Shown here piece after piece: positions 9,597 to 19,255 of a stretch of 64,000 nt of DNA. The notes under the pieces are model-generated. The model was not told where the DNA came from. It saw only the letters and a program-made list of their open reading frames with translations, and searched no databases. How positions within the stretch are numbered: position 1 is the stretch's first letter; each line of letters starts with the position of its first letter. The stretch comes from Nanobdellati archaeon (GTDB lineage: Archaea; EX4484-52; GLR71), in contig JAHYJR010000004.1 in NCBI GenBank assembly GCA_019429005.1, forward strand, positions 1 to 64,000, written 5' to 3'. Both the position numbers and the translations under genes were made by a program.

Positions 9597-12047
9597 ATGA
9601 TAAATATGAATCAAAATAACATTAATAAAAAGAAACCGGAATTATTATCGCCTGCAGGTTCAATTGAATCTGTTATCGCTGCTGTTGAAAATGGGGCTGA
9701 TTCTGTATATTTTGGAACAGACCATTTCAATGCAAGATTGAATGCACCAAATATAGGTCTTGACACAATTAGGGATGCTATAGATTATTGTCACCTCAGG
9801 GACGTTAAAGCATATGCCGTCATGAATACACTTATAGCTGATTGGGAACTTCGAAATGCAGTTGATACAGTTAGAAGCTTATATAATGAAGGTATTGATG
9901 TTATAGTAATACAAGACATAGGTTTTGCACACCTAATACATCATTTATTTCCAGACCTTGCAATCCATGCAAGCACACAGATGACAATACATAACACAGG
10001 TGGAGCTTCGTTCTTAAAAAATCTTGGTTTTAAACGTGTTATACTTTCTAGAGAAGTCTCAATTGAAGATACAAATATTATTAGAAAAAGAGCAGGAATT
10101 GAAATCGAAACATTTATTCATGGAGCTTTATGTCTATCTTATTCAGGCCAATGTCTTATGAGCAGTTTTGTGTTTCAAAGAAGCGGTAATTTTGGTGTGT
10201 GTGCACAACCTTGCAGACTCAGATATGCGCTTGGAAAAATCTCAGGCGATAATATTGAAATATTAAAAAAGCCTTGTTACTTGATTTCACCTAAAGACCT
10301 AAACACGTCAGATAAAATCACAGAATTAATTGAATCTGATATTGATGCGTTAAAAATTGAAGGACGTATGAGAAGTCCTACATACGTTTCAACAGTCACA
10401 AGAACGTATCGTAATCTTATTGATTCAAAAGATACAGATATAAACGATTTGACAAAAGTGTTTAATAGAGGATTCACAAACGGTTTTCTTTTCTCTGATA
10501 CTAAAGATTTCATCAATGAAACTAAACAAGATAATCTGGGTCAATATGTAGGAAAATGTATATCATATGATGATAATGTAAAGTTAGTAAAAATCAAACT
10601 TGACGAAAAAATATCAATGGGTGATGGAATCCGGATTGATGTTGATGAAGAATTTGAAAAAAGCGGAGTAATTGAATATGGTTGTAAAATCAAATATATG
10701 CAAGTCAATAAATCAAAAGCTCAAACTGCAAAACCTGGACAAATTGCATCTGTTAGAATTTATGGAAATATTAAAGAGGGTAGTCCAGTCTATAAAACTT
10801 TTGAAAAAAAATTAGATACAAAATCAAAAGAAACATTTGTCAATAATAAACAGATTAAAAAAATACAAATAAATCTAAAAATCAGATTAAAAATAGATAA
10901 ACCACTTTCAGTATCAGTTTCTGATGGTGTTCACAACATCACAGTTGAAACAAAAATTGATGCTCAGAAAGCATTGAAATATCCGACAACTTGTGAATTG
11001 TTAGAGCACGAATTATCTAGACTTGGAAATACACCGTTTGTAATTAATAAATTTGAATGTGATCTTACAGATGGACTTATGATACCATTAAGTGAGATTG
11101 GACAGGTTAGACGAAATTTAATTGAACAATTAGAATTAAAAAGAACAGAAATCTTGCGTAAAACTGATGATGTGGCGTTCAATAAAAGATTAAAAGACTT
11201 TGATTTAGAAAGTGGCGAAAAACAGATTCAGATTAAAAGAGATACAAAAATATCTGTTCAGGTTAGCACATTAACTTCAGCAAAAAATGCAATGGATTCT
11301 GGTGCTGATGAAATTATTATAGGCAATGAATTCAAATCAAAAGACCAAATTGATTATCTTGTAGTTAAAGATATTGTTAAAAAATCTGGAAAGGTTTTAT
11401 CATATCAAACACCATCTATACTTTCAGATAAAGAGATTAAAGAAATATTGAAAGTTGTAAAAGATCTTGAACCAGATAATGTTCTTGTATCTAATTTAGG
11501 ATTACTTAAAAGACTTATTGATATGAAGGAAAACAAACCAGAAATACATATTGATTATCCTACTAATATTTACAATAAGTTATCTGCAAAATTATTTGAA
11601 AAAACAGACAATAACATAAAACGATTATGCCTTTCAACAGAATTATCACAAGCTATGATAGAGACCATCTCAAAAAATATTGATATTGATACTGAAATTA
11701 TTGTTCATGGAAATATACCAATTATAACAAGTGAATATTGCATATTTCAAAATGATTGTAAAAAGCAATGTATTGAAAATCATGTTCTAATTGATAGAAA
11801 AGATATGAAATTTCCAATCAAGGGTAGTTATGGATGCAGGATGCAAATATTAAACACAAAAAAGATTTCTTTGATTAAACATATCGGTAAGTTAAAAGGT
11901 CTTCTGGGTTGTATACGACTCGATCTTCGCACAGAAACTGATGATTCTGTTAAAAATATAGTCTATAAATATAGACAAACGTTTAGCGGTATAAATCTTA
12001 ACTATGTTGAACTTACTGGTTCGGATTTCACAAATGGATGGTTTTAA
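9597..12047 (+). CDS. U32 peptidase-family RNA hydroxylase with DUF3656 (RlhA-like)
   Basis: PELLSPAG, HASTQ, E.F.HGALC.SYSGQC, CAQPCR, KIEGRMR; long form with RLGNTPF region and a degenerate second U32 domain. Confidence 0.88.
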   Translation: MINMNQNNINKKKPELLSPAGSIESVIAAVENGADSVYFGTDHFNARLNAPNIGLDTIRDAIDYCHLRDVKAYAVMNTLIADWELRNAVDTVRSLYNEGIDVIVIQDIGFAHLIHHLFPDLAIHASTQMTIHNTGGASFLKNLGFKRVILSREVSIEDTNIIRKRAGIEIETFIHGALCLSYSGQCLMSSFVFQRSGNFGVCAQPCRLRYALGKISGDNIEILKKPCYLISPKDLNTSDKITELIESDIDALKIEGRMRSPTYVSTVTRTYRNLIDSKDTDINDLTKVFNRGFTNGFLFSDTKDFINETKQDNLGQYVGKCISYDDNVKLVKIKLDEKISMGDGIRIDVDEEFEKSGVIEYGCKIKYMQVNKSKAQTAKPGQIASVRIYGNIKEGSPVYKTFEKKLDTKSKETFVNNKQIKKIQINLKIRLKIDKPLSVSVSDGVHNITVETKIDAQKALKYPTTCELLEHELSRLGNTPFVINKFECDLTDGLMIPLSEIGQVRRNLIEQLELKRTEILRKTDDVAFNKRLKDFDLESGEKQIQIKRDTKISVQVSTLTSAKNAMDSGADEIIIGNEFKSKDQIDYLVVKDIVKKSGKVLSYQTPSILSDKEIKEILKVVKDLEPDNVLVSNLGLLKRLIDMKENKPEIHIDYPTNIYNKLSAKLFEKTDNNIKRLCLSTELSQAMIETISKNIDIDTEIIVHGNIPIITSEYCIFQNDCKKQCIENHVLIDRKDMKFPIKGSYGCRMQILNTKKISLIKHIGKLKGLLGCIRLDLRTETDDSVKNIVYKYRQTFSGINLNYVELTGSDFTNGWF

Positions 12048-12050
12048 AAA

Positions 12051-13058
12051 TCAAATTAAAAATTTACTATTTTCCATTATTTTTTTACCGTCAACAACCA
12101 CAGTACAATTTAGAAGAACACAATCTATATGTGTTGAACTTTTCCAATCTGATTTTGTTAATTCCGAATGACTATCTCCAAAAGCTATATGTACACCAGG
12201 ATGTTTCTCATCTTGAAGCATATTTCCAATAATATTATTTATACCAATATTTGTTCCAATAGCAAATTCACCCACACGATTTGAATTTTCATCTTGCTTT
12301 ATATATGCTTTAAATTCATTTTCAAGGTCTTTATTTGCACATGAGACTGATATAACTCGACTATTTTTGATTTCAATTGTTACGGGATTATCTTTAAGAA
12401 CACCATATTTTGTATCGAAATAATCTCCAAGAACACCATCAACAATAATTTTACCATTTACATCTTTTGGACAAGTAAAAACTTCGCCTTCAGGAAGATT
12501 TGTCCATTGCTCTTTTGTGATGTTTCCATCAAATCCTACCCAGACCATATTTATATCAAACGTAGCTATAATATCAGTACCGGCTTGTGTTTTAACATGT
12601 ATAACTTTTGCAGACTTTAGTGCATTATATACTTTTGATGTAACTTCTTTTACTTTAGTATAATCTACACACATACCAGTTTGCATGATTTCATCAGTTA
12701 TTCCAATCATATGTGCATGACGTATATGATTCTCATCAAGAATCCTAAACATTGGTTGTCGGAATGTCTTAAGTTCACCTTTTTTTGAACCTGCAATATA
12801 TAAACTAACATCTGATTTTTCAAGAGATTTTTTGATTACATCTGGAAATTGTATTGGATTTGAACCATCATCCAATCTTTCTCCAAAATCTTCAATTATA
12901 AAAATTTTAATATTATCTGTGACTTGACTCGCGACATCATTTATACTTTCTGCAATATTATATGCATCCTTATCTGTAATTATACAGATAACATCATCTT
13001 TTGTCACTTTAAGACAATTTTTAACTATCTGTATCGCACCCTCTTTAATAGTATCCAT
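12051..13058 (-). CDS. Aminopeptidase, M29 (thermophilic metalloprotease) family
   Basis: NLPEGEVF, GEFAIGTN, DEK..GVHIAFG, HIDCV. Confidence 0.9.
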   Translation of the reverse strand: MDTIKEGAIQIVKNCLKVTKDDVICIITDKDAYNIAESINDVASQVTDNIKIFIIEDFGERLDDGSNPIQFPDVIKKSLEKSDVSLYIAGSKKGELKTFRQPMFRILDENHIRHAHMIGITDEIMQTGMCVDYTKVKEVTSKVYNALKSAKVIHVKTQAGTDIIATFDINMVWVGFDGNITKEQWTNLPEGEVFTCPKDVNGKIIVDGVLGDYFDTKYGVLKDNPVTIEIKNSRVISVSCANKDLENEFKAYIKQDENSNRVGEFAIGTNIGINNIIGNMLQDEKHPGVHIAFGDSHSELTKSDWKSSTHIDCVLLNCTVVVDGKKIMENSKFLI

Positions 13059-13148
13059 AGACAATGTTTGATTTGATAATATATATGTATATATGTTTTA
13101 CGTTTTACCTTAACATTTAAAAAAATAAGAAACAAATAAACATAAAAG

Positions 13149-14426
13149 ATGATTATTATGAAAATCCAAAAAGTGAAAGGTACAAGAGATTTTTATCCAG
13201 AAGACATGAAACTACACAATTGGATTTTATCTAAATGGAAAAAAGTTGCTGAAAAACTAGCCTATAAAGAATTTGATGGACCAATGCTAGAGAATGCAGA
13301 ACTATGGAAAGTTAAATCTGGTGATGAAATCCCAGAACAAATGTACACACTTAATGATAAATCAGGAAGACTTCTTGCAGTACGACCTGAACTTACACCA
13401 ACACTTGCAAGAATGGTTGCTGAAAGACAAAAAGTACTTAAGAAACCAATTAAATGGTTTTCGTCACCTAGATGTTGGAGATATGAAAATCCACAATCAG
13501 GACGTCTTAGAGAATTCTGGCAGTTTAATATGGATGCTCTGGGAAGTGATAGTATGTCACTTGATGCTGAGATTATATTAAGTTCTATAATGATTATGGA
13601 AGAATTTGATTTAGATGAAACATATTTCTATGTAAGAATAAGTAATCGTAAAGTGATACGATCTATATTAAAAGCAATAGGTGTTGAAGAAAATAATTTA
13701 AATAAAATTTCAAGTGTAATTGATAAAAAAGATAAACTCACAGAAAACGATTTTATTGAAATGCTTAAAGAACAAAAAATGACAGATAAACAAGTTCAAA
13801 TTTTATTAAAAACGCTCCTAATTGATAACATTACAAATATCGATAAACTTGATATAAAACTTGATACAGATGGAACTGATGGTATTAATGAACTAAAAGA
13901 ACTTATGCATTTACTTGAATTATATGGTGTTGGAAAATACTGTAAGATGGATTTATCTATAATGCGTGGTTTTGATTATTATACAAGCACAATCTTTGAA
14001 GTCTTTGACAAGTCAAATAAATTTAGAGCAATTGCTGGCGGTGGGCGATATGATGACCTTGTATCTGTATTTGAGGGTGATAGATGTCCTGGCGTAGGTT
14101 ATGGTATGGGTGACGTTGTACTTGAATTATTCTTAAGAGAACATAATAAGATTCCAGATTTAAATGACAATATTGATTTCTTTATTGCATTAATAGATGA
14201 TTCTGTTATGGATGAAGCTATAAAAATAACTCAAATTTTAAGAAAAAAATATAATGTTGAGATGGAACTTATTGGACGGAAACTTGGTAAACAACTAAGT
14301 TATACTGATGCAAAAAAAGTTATAATTGTTGGAAAAGAAGATCTTGAAGATAATAAAATAACTTTAAAAGATATGGATACAGGAGACGAAACTAAAATAT
14401 CAATAAATGATATAAAAGACATATAA
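13149..14426 (+). CDS. hisS: Histidine--tRNA ligase (copy 1, probably housekeeping)
   Basis: KGTRDF, RPELTP, WRYE.PQ.GRLREFWQ, RGFDYYT, GGGRYD, GMGDVV motif 3, anticodon-binding domain. Confidence 0.96.
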   Translation: MIIMKIQKVKGTRDFYPEDMKLHNWILSKWKKVAEKLAYKEFDGPMLENAELWKVKSGDEIPEQMYTLNDKSGRLLAVRPELTPTLARMVAERQKVLKKPIKWFSSPRCWRYENPQSGRLREFWQFNMDALGSDSMSLDAEIILSSIMIMEEFDLDETYFYVRISNRKVIRSILKAIGVEENNLNKISSVIDKKDKLTENDFIEMLKEQKMTDKQVQILLKTLLIDNITNIDKLDIKLDTDGTDGINELKELMHLLELYGVGKYCKMDLSIMRGFDYYTSTIFEVFDKSNKFRAIAGGGRYDDLVSVFEGDRCPGVGYGMGDVVLELFLREHNKIPDLNDNIDFFIALIDDSVMDEAIKITQILRKKYNVEMELIGRKLGKQLSYTDAKKVIIVGKEDLEDNKITLKDMDTGDETKISINDIKDI

Positions 14427-14427
14427 T

Positions 14428-14721
14428 TTATTTATATCGTCTTTTTAACTCGTTTTCAATATCTTTGAAAGATATATTCTTATAAGATAACAAAACCATC
14501 AAATGAAATAAGAGATCTGTAGATTCGTAAATAATCTCTTCTTTAATATTATTTTTTGATGCAATAATTACTTCAGTTGATTCTTCACCTATTTTTTCTA
14601 AAATTTTATCTTCAGCAGTCTTTTTATCATCAGTCATAAGTCCTGAAACATAAGAACCTTCAGGTTTATTCAATTTTCTCTGTTCTATAATTTCAAAAAC
14701 TTTATCTAGAATATTATCCAT
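14428..14721 (-). CDS. hisE: Phosphoribosyl-ATP pyrophosphatase
   Basis: PEGSYV, KIGEE.TEVIIA, E.TDLLFHL. Confidence 0.95.
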   Translation of the reverse strand: MDNILDKVFEIIEQRKLNKPEGSYVSGLMTDDKKTAEDKILEKIGEESTEVIIASKNNIKEEIIYESTDLLFHLMVLLSYKNISFKDIENELKRRYK

Positions 14722-14723
14722 AA

Positions 14724-15071
14724 TTACACCATTGAATTTTTATAAAAACAAGTTTTATTATTTGTGTGACATGCAGGTCCTTTAGGCTTAATCAATATAA
14801 GCAAAGTATCATTATCACAATCAGGTATTAATTTAATTACCTTTTGCAAATTACCTGAACTTTCACCCTTTTTCCATAAACAGTTCCTACTTGTACTATA
14901 ATAATGTGCATATCCAGTCTCAATTGTTTTTTCAACAGCTTCACGATTCATAAATGCACACATCAAAACATCTTTTGAATCTATATCTTGTGCAATACCA
15001 ATTACAAACTGATTTGACCATTTAAAATACAAATCATCAATACTTATTTTTAATTTATTTGATTCGTTCAT
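14724..15071 (-). CDS. hisI: Phosphoribosyl-AMP cyclohydrolase
   Basis: [29 protein letters not shown]...TCF. Confidence 0.96.
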   Translation of the reverse strand: MNESNKLKISIDDLYFKWSNQFVIGIAQDIDSKDVLMCAFMNREAVEKTIETGYAHYYSTSRNCLWKKGESSGNLQKVIKLIPDCDNDTLLILIKPKGPACHTNNKTCFYKNSMV

Positions 15072-15075
15072 AATA

Positions 15076-16350
15076 TCATCTAAAAAAATAGATTAATTCA
15101 TCAATTGGTACTTTTAAATCTGTTTCAGTTAATAAATCTTTTACAATTACAATATTATCTAAAAATTCTTTTTTTCCAATAATAACCACATAAGGTATTT
15201 TCTCTTTTTTTGCATAACCCATTAATTGATTTAGAGATCTTCCAATAAGATCAATCTCGGTCCTAATATCATTTTTACGTAAATCTGATGCAATTTCAAG
15301 CATTTCGTGTTGCAAACCACTTGTAGCAGGAGCAACTAAAGCTTGTATTGGTATCTCAATGTTTTTTAAAAGTTTTTCAGATTCGGCACAAATTAACAAA
15401 CGTTCTAAACCAAAAGCCATACCAATTGCAGGTGTCTTTAGTCCACCCATCTCTTTTACAAGATTATCATACCTACCACCACCACACAATGGCTGATTTA
15501 AACTAGGTACTAATACTTCAAAAACAATACCAGTATAATACTCAAGACCCCTTGTTAAACTAAGATCTATTTCTAAATTAACTGTATCTGTCAAAATATT
15601 TAAAATTGACAATAATTCTTTAATTTCAAATAAAATCTCAAGAGCTTTAGGATATGATTTTAAATAAGATTCAATCTTATCAATAGTATTGGAATTCTTT
15701 GAATCACACAGACTTTTTAAAAAAATGTCAAATTCATCAGAATATTTTATACCATCAAGTTGTTTTATAATACAATCATAATCTTTTTTATTTATTTTAG
15801 ACAATATATCAGATTGTATTTCTTTTGGAATATTCTCATCATCAAATACTTGTCTTAAAATACCAACATGACCAAGTTTAATTTTAAATGATTCAAAACC
15901 AATATCTCGCATAATATCATTTACAACAGCAAGAACTTCGGCATCTGCAATATGTTCATTACTACCAAAAAGTTCTATACCAAATTGCCAAAACTCTCTA
16001 AATCGACCATGTTGTGGACGTTCATATCTAAAATGATTCTGACTATAAAATAATTTTACAGTTTTACTGAAAATATGTCTATTACCGACATATAAACGAG
16101 TAACTGGAGCTGTACTTTCAGGTCTTAATACAATTGACCTATTACTTTTATCTTTAAATAAATACATTTTTTCTGTCAAATGTGAACCTATATTCTTTGA
16201 AAATGTTTCAAAATTTTCCATTGTAGGTGTTTTAATCTCTCTAAATCCATAATTCCTAACAATATTTTTTAGTTTTTTAATAATAAAATTACGTTTTTCA
16301 TTTTCCTCTGGGAAAATATCGTTAGTGCCTTTTAATGGTTTTAAAAACAT
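15076..16350 (-). CDS. hisS: Histidine--tRNA ligase (copy 2, inside the his operon)
   Basis: LRPESTAP, FRYERPQ.GRFREFWQ, RGLEYYTG, GGGRYD, FGLERL and a full C-terminal anticodon-binding domain, so HisRS-like rather than HisZ. Confidence 0.88.
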   Translation of the reverse strand: MFLKPLKGTNDIFPEENEKRNFIIKKLKNIVRNYGFREIKTPTMENFETFSKNIGSHLTEKMYLFKDKSNRSIVLRPESTAPVTRLYVGNRHIFSKTVKLFYSQNHFRYERPQHGRFREFWQFGIELFGSNEHIADAEVLAVVNDIMRDIGFESFKIKLGHVGILRQVFDDENIPKEIQSDILSKINKKDYDCIIKQLDGIKYSDEFDIFLKSLCDSKNSNTIDKIESYLKSYPKALEILFEIKELLSILNILTDTVNLEIDLSLTRGLEYYTGIVFEVLVPSLNQPLCGGGRYDNLVKEMGGLKTPAIGMAFGLERLLICAESEKLLKNIEIPIQALVAPATSGLQHEMLEIASDLRKNDIRTEIDLIGRSLNQLMGYAKKEKIPYVVIIGKKEFLDNIVIVKDLLTETDLKVPIDELIYFFR

Positions 16351-16354
16351 AACA

Positions 16355-17215
16355 TCACTTTAGATATCTCGATATAGCAATTACAACAATACTTTTTGCT
16401 TTAAAACATTTTAATTTTTCTACAAATAAAAAAGAATCGTATTCATCTATTATCAATTCAATATTACCATTTTTACAAGTATATAAATATAATTTTTCAT
16501 CAACATGTTTAAAATACTCATCTATTTCCTTATCTGTTTTATCGATAATTACTGCTGTTATTTTTAATTTGTTTTTTGCGTCAAGCACACTTTTTAAGGC
16601 CATTGTTATCCTATCACAAAAATCCTTGTTTTTTATATAACTATCCTTATTTACAATAAAACGCATAGTTGTTGTTAATATTTTATCAATAATCACAAGA
16701 TCATTTTCACGAATTGTAGTTCCTGAAGAACTTAAATCAATAATTGCATCAGAAATACCTATTTTAGGTGTAAGTTCTACAGCACCAGAAATATTAATTA
16801 TTTTTGCGTTTATTCTTTTTTTTCTTATATATTTACGTGCAATTGTTGTAAAACTTGTTGCAATTTTAATACAGTGATTCTTTATGTTACTTAAATCTTC
16901 AATATTAGATGATTTGGGTACAGCAACTACAAGTTCTGCCTTTGCAAGTTTAAGGTCTAATAAAAAACCAACATCAGCACGTCTTTCAAGAATAAGATCA
17001 TACCCCGTTATTCCTAAATCTGCTGATCCTGATGAAATATAATAAGGTATATCAATAGCCCGCACAAAAAGAATTTTAATATTATCAATAATAGTATCTG
17101 CAAATAATAGTCTATTTGATTTCTGTTTTATCTTTATTCCTGCTTGTTCAAGAAGATTTATAGATAACTCTGACATTCTTCCTTTATTTGGTATTGCAAT
17201 CTTTAAAACAGACAT
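16355..17215 (-). CDS. hisG: ATP phosphoribosyltransferase, long form with divergent C-terminal domain
   Basis: IAIPNKGR, VRA.DIP, DLGITGYD, IATSF, GAVE..P..G..DAIID..SSG.T; GTGA RBS before ATG 17215. Confidence 0.95.
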   Translation of the reverse strand: MSVLKIAIPNKGRMSELSINLLEQAGIKIKQKSNRLLFADTIIDNIKILFVRAIDIPYYISSGSADLGITGYDLILERRADVGFLLDLKLAKAELVVAVPKSSNIEDLSNIKNHCIKIATSFTTIARKYIRKKRINAKIINISGAVELTPKIGISDAIIDLSSSGTTIRENDLVIIDKILTTTMRFIVNKDSYIKNKDFCDRITMALKSVLDAKNKLKITAVIIDKTDKEIDEYFKHVDEKLYLYTCKNGNIELIIDEYDSFLFVEKLKCFKAKSIVVIAISRYLK

Positions 17216-17391
17216 ATGCTTCACTTTAATTTATTAATATAGATTAATATTTACAATTTTTGTATTTATTCTTATTATTTAATTTTTATAATACTATTTA
17301 ATTGCTTTAATAATAGGTATTATATTTCATTATATTTAAAACAACTTAAATAATTAATGTTAGTGAAGATACTAATACTATAACTTCTAAG

Positions 17392-17424
17392 TAATATAAA
17401 TATACATACTAATATAAATATACA
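17392..17424. repeat. Direct repeat TAATATAAATATACA x2 (18-bp period) in the divergent hisG/nitrilase intergenic region
   Basis: Copies at 17392-17406 and 17410-17424; each contains TATAAATA. Confidence 0.7.
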
Positions 17425-17482
17425 CCCCCTAAGATATTATCATACACATTAAACGTAAAATATACATTTTTTGTGAAAAATC

Positions 17483-18274
17483 ATGATTAATACAATATTA
17501 ACACAATATGCTTCAGATTTATGTGATATCAGTTTAATGGAATTTACAATCAATAGAATTAAAAAAAATTATGAAAATAAACCCACTTTTTGGGTTATGA
17601 ATGAATTTGCATTCTCAAACTTGTATGAAAATAAAGTTAGTATTGATGGTAATACGATTTCAGGAAACTCAACTATTGAATATTATATCAATTTATTAAA
17701 AGAGTTCAGTAAAGAATATGATCAATTTTGGATTTTTGCAGGAAGTGTAGAAGAGGATATGGGCCAATACCTACATGTTTCAATGCCAATTATCAATAAT
17801 GGTGAAATAAAACATATACGACGTAAAATGCAAATTTATTATGATATTATTGACCCTAACTTAAGTCTAAATAGTATAAAAAACAAATTTGAAAACGAAA
17901 TAAGAGATGAAATCAGGTTAATAAATGAGAAGGCACAAAAGGAATCAATTGAATCATTAACCACATTAGATATAGGTAAATATACTGTTTTACCACTTAT
18001 TTGCAATGAGGTTTTTAGCCTAAGAAACATTGACACTCAACAATTCAAGAGATTAAATTTGCCAGCAGACATTATTATAGAAAGCTCTTTTGATAATAAT
18101 ACACCACAGAACTACATACCAGGTTTGATTAATAAACACATAGTAAAACCTGAAAGTTATCTAATAAAAAGCGACGGATATAGAACGTTAGAACAAAATA
18201 TTTGCGGTTGTTTTAGAATTTCAGATAATCATCATAATATCAAAATTGACATAGTACATAATATTATTGATTAA
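17483..18274 (+). CDS. Carbon-nitrogen hydrolase (nitrilase superfamily), divergent
   Basis: Glu-Lys-Cys triad contexts WVMNEF, RRKM, PLICNE; AGSVEE. Confidence 0.75.
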   Translation: MINTILTQYASDLCDISLMEFTINRIKKNYENKPTFWVMNEFAFSNLYENKVSIDGNTISGNSTIEYYINLLKEFSKEYDQFWIFAGSVEEDMGQYLHVSMPIINNGEIKHIRRKMQIYYDIIDPNLSLNSIKNKFENEIRDEIRLINEKAQKESIESLTTLDIGKYTVLPLICNEVFSLRNIDTQQFKRLNLPADIIIESSFDNNTPQNYIPGLINKHIVKPESYLIKSDGYRTLEQNICGCFRISDNHHNIKIDIVHNIID

Positions 18275-18297
18275 TAATAAAATAATTCTTTTATAAA

Positions 18298-19230
18298 TTA
18301 TTTCTTTGCAAAAATGGGAAAATAATTAATTAAACCTAATTTTTTCAAAAATATTGCTTTTTCAATATTTTGTTTAACCGTTACTAAATCGTTTTTTCTA
18401 AAAGCTGTTAATATATCAATTTCGCCAATTTCTGAGACTAAACATGGTTTTAATTTCCCGTCTGATGTTAACCTTAAAGCATAACTTTTAGCACATAGAT
18501 CACAATCCGAACAGCTACTATCTACAAAAGTTACTTTTTGATTGTCTTTAAAAATATAATCCATATACACAGGATATATATCTGAACTTTTAGTTATTGA
18601 ATTTTTATTTAAATAATCTAAAATATCTTTTATATCAACATTTAAATTTAATTTTTTCATATCAGATGAAAATTCAATTAATGAAATTAACCTTAAATCA
18701 ACACCTAATTTTTTTGAAAATTTAATCATATCTTTAACTTCATCAATATTATCTTTTATTAGTGTCATATTCAGATTAACTAGAGGGATATTGTTTATTG
18801 CAGACATAATCCCATCTTTTACCAATAAATACTGTTTATCCGTACCCTTACATAATTGTTTAAACAGTTCAGGTTTTAAAGTATCTAAACTGATACTTAT
18901 TTCATCAAGACCTGATTCTTTTAATAAATTTATTTTGTTCTTTAATAATATACCATTTGTAGAAATACTTACTTTTTTGATACCCCTTTCTTTACAAGAT
19001 TTGATTATTTTTTCAATACCATCATAAAGTAAAGGTTCACCACCTGAAAGCTTAACCTCATTAAGTCCATAAGGTACAAGTAAACTAATAATTTTTATGA
19101 GTTCATTAATTTCAAGATTATTAGCTCTCTTTTGATATTGACCTTCCTTATGACAATAAATACAATCAAGATTACATTTAGATGTAAGTAAAACTCGTAA
19201 TTTATCAATTGGTGGTATATCTACTTTCAT
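18298..19230 (-). CDS. Radical SAM enzyme, MoaA-like (GTP 3',8-cyclase-related)
   Basis: LRV.LT..CNLDCIYCH.EG, SGGEPLL, STNG, ISLDTL, C-terminal CSDCDLC...LRLTSDGKLKPCL auxiliary cluster motif. Confidence 0.85.
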   Translation of the reverse strand: MKVDIPPIDKLRVLLTSKCNLDCIYCHKEGQYQKRANNLEINELIKIISLLVPYGLNEVKLSGGEPLLYDGIEKIIKSCKERGIKKVSISTNGILLKNKINLLKESGLDEISISLDTLKPELFKQLCKGTDKQYLLVKDGIMSAINNIPLVNLNMTLIKDNIDEVKDMIKFSKKLGVDLRLISLIEFSSDMKKLNLNVDIKDILDYLNKNSITKSSDIYPVYMDYIFKDNQKVTFVDSSCSDCDLCAKSYALRLTSDGKLKPCLVSEIGEIDILTAFRKNDLVTVKQNIEKAIFLKKLGLINYFPIFAKK

Positions 19231-19255
19231 AAAAATCGCTAGGTTTTAAAATATT

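Noticed and set aside
15076-16350. HisZ regulatory subunit
   Set aside because: Retains the RGLEYYTG motif and the anticodon-binding domain, and HisG is long-form
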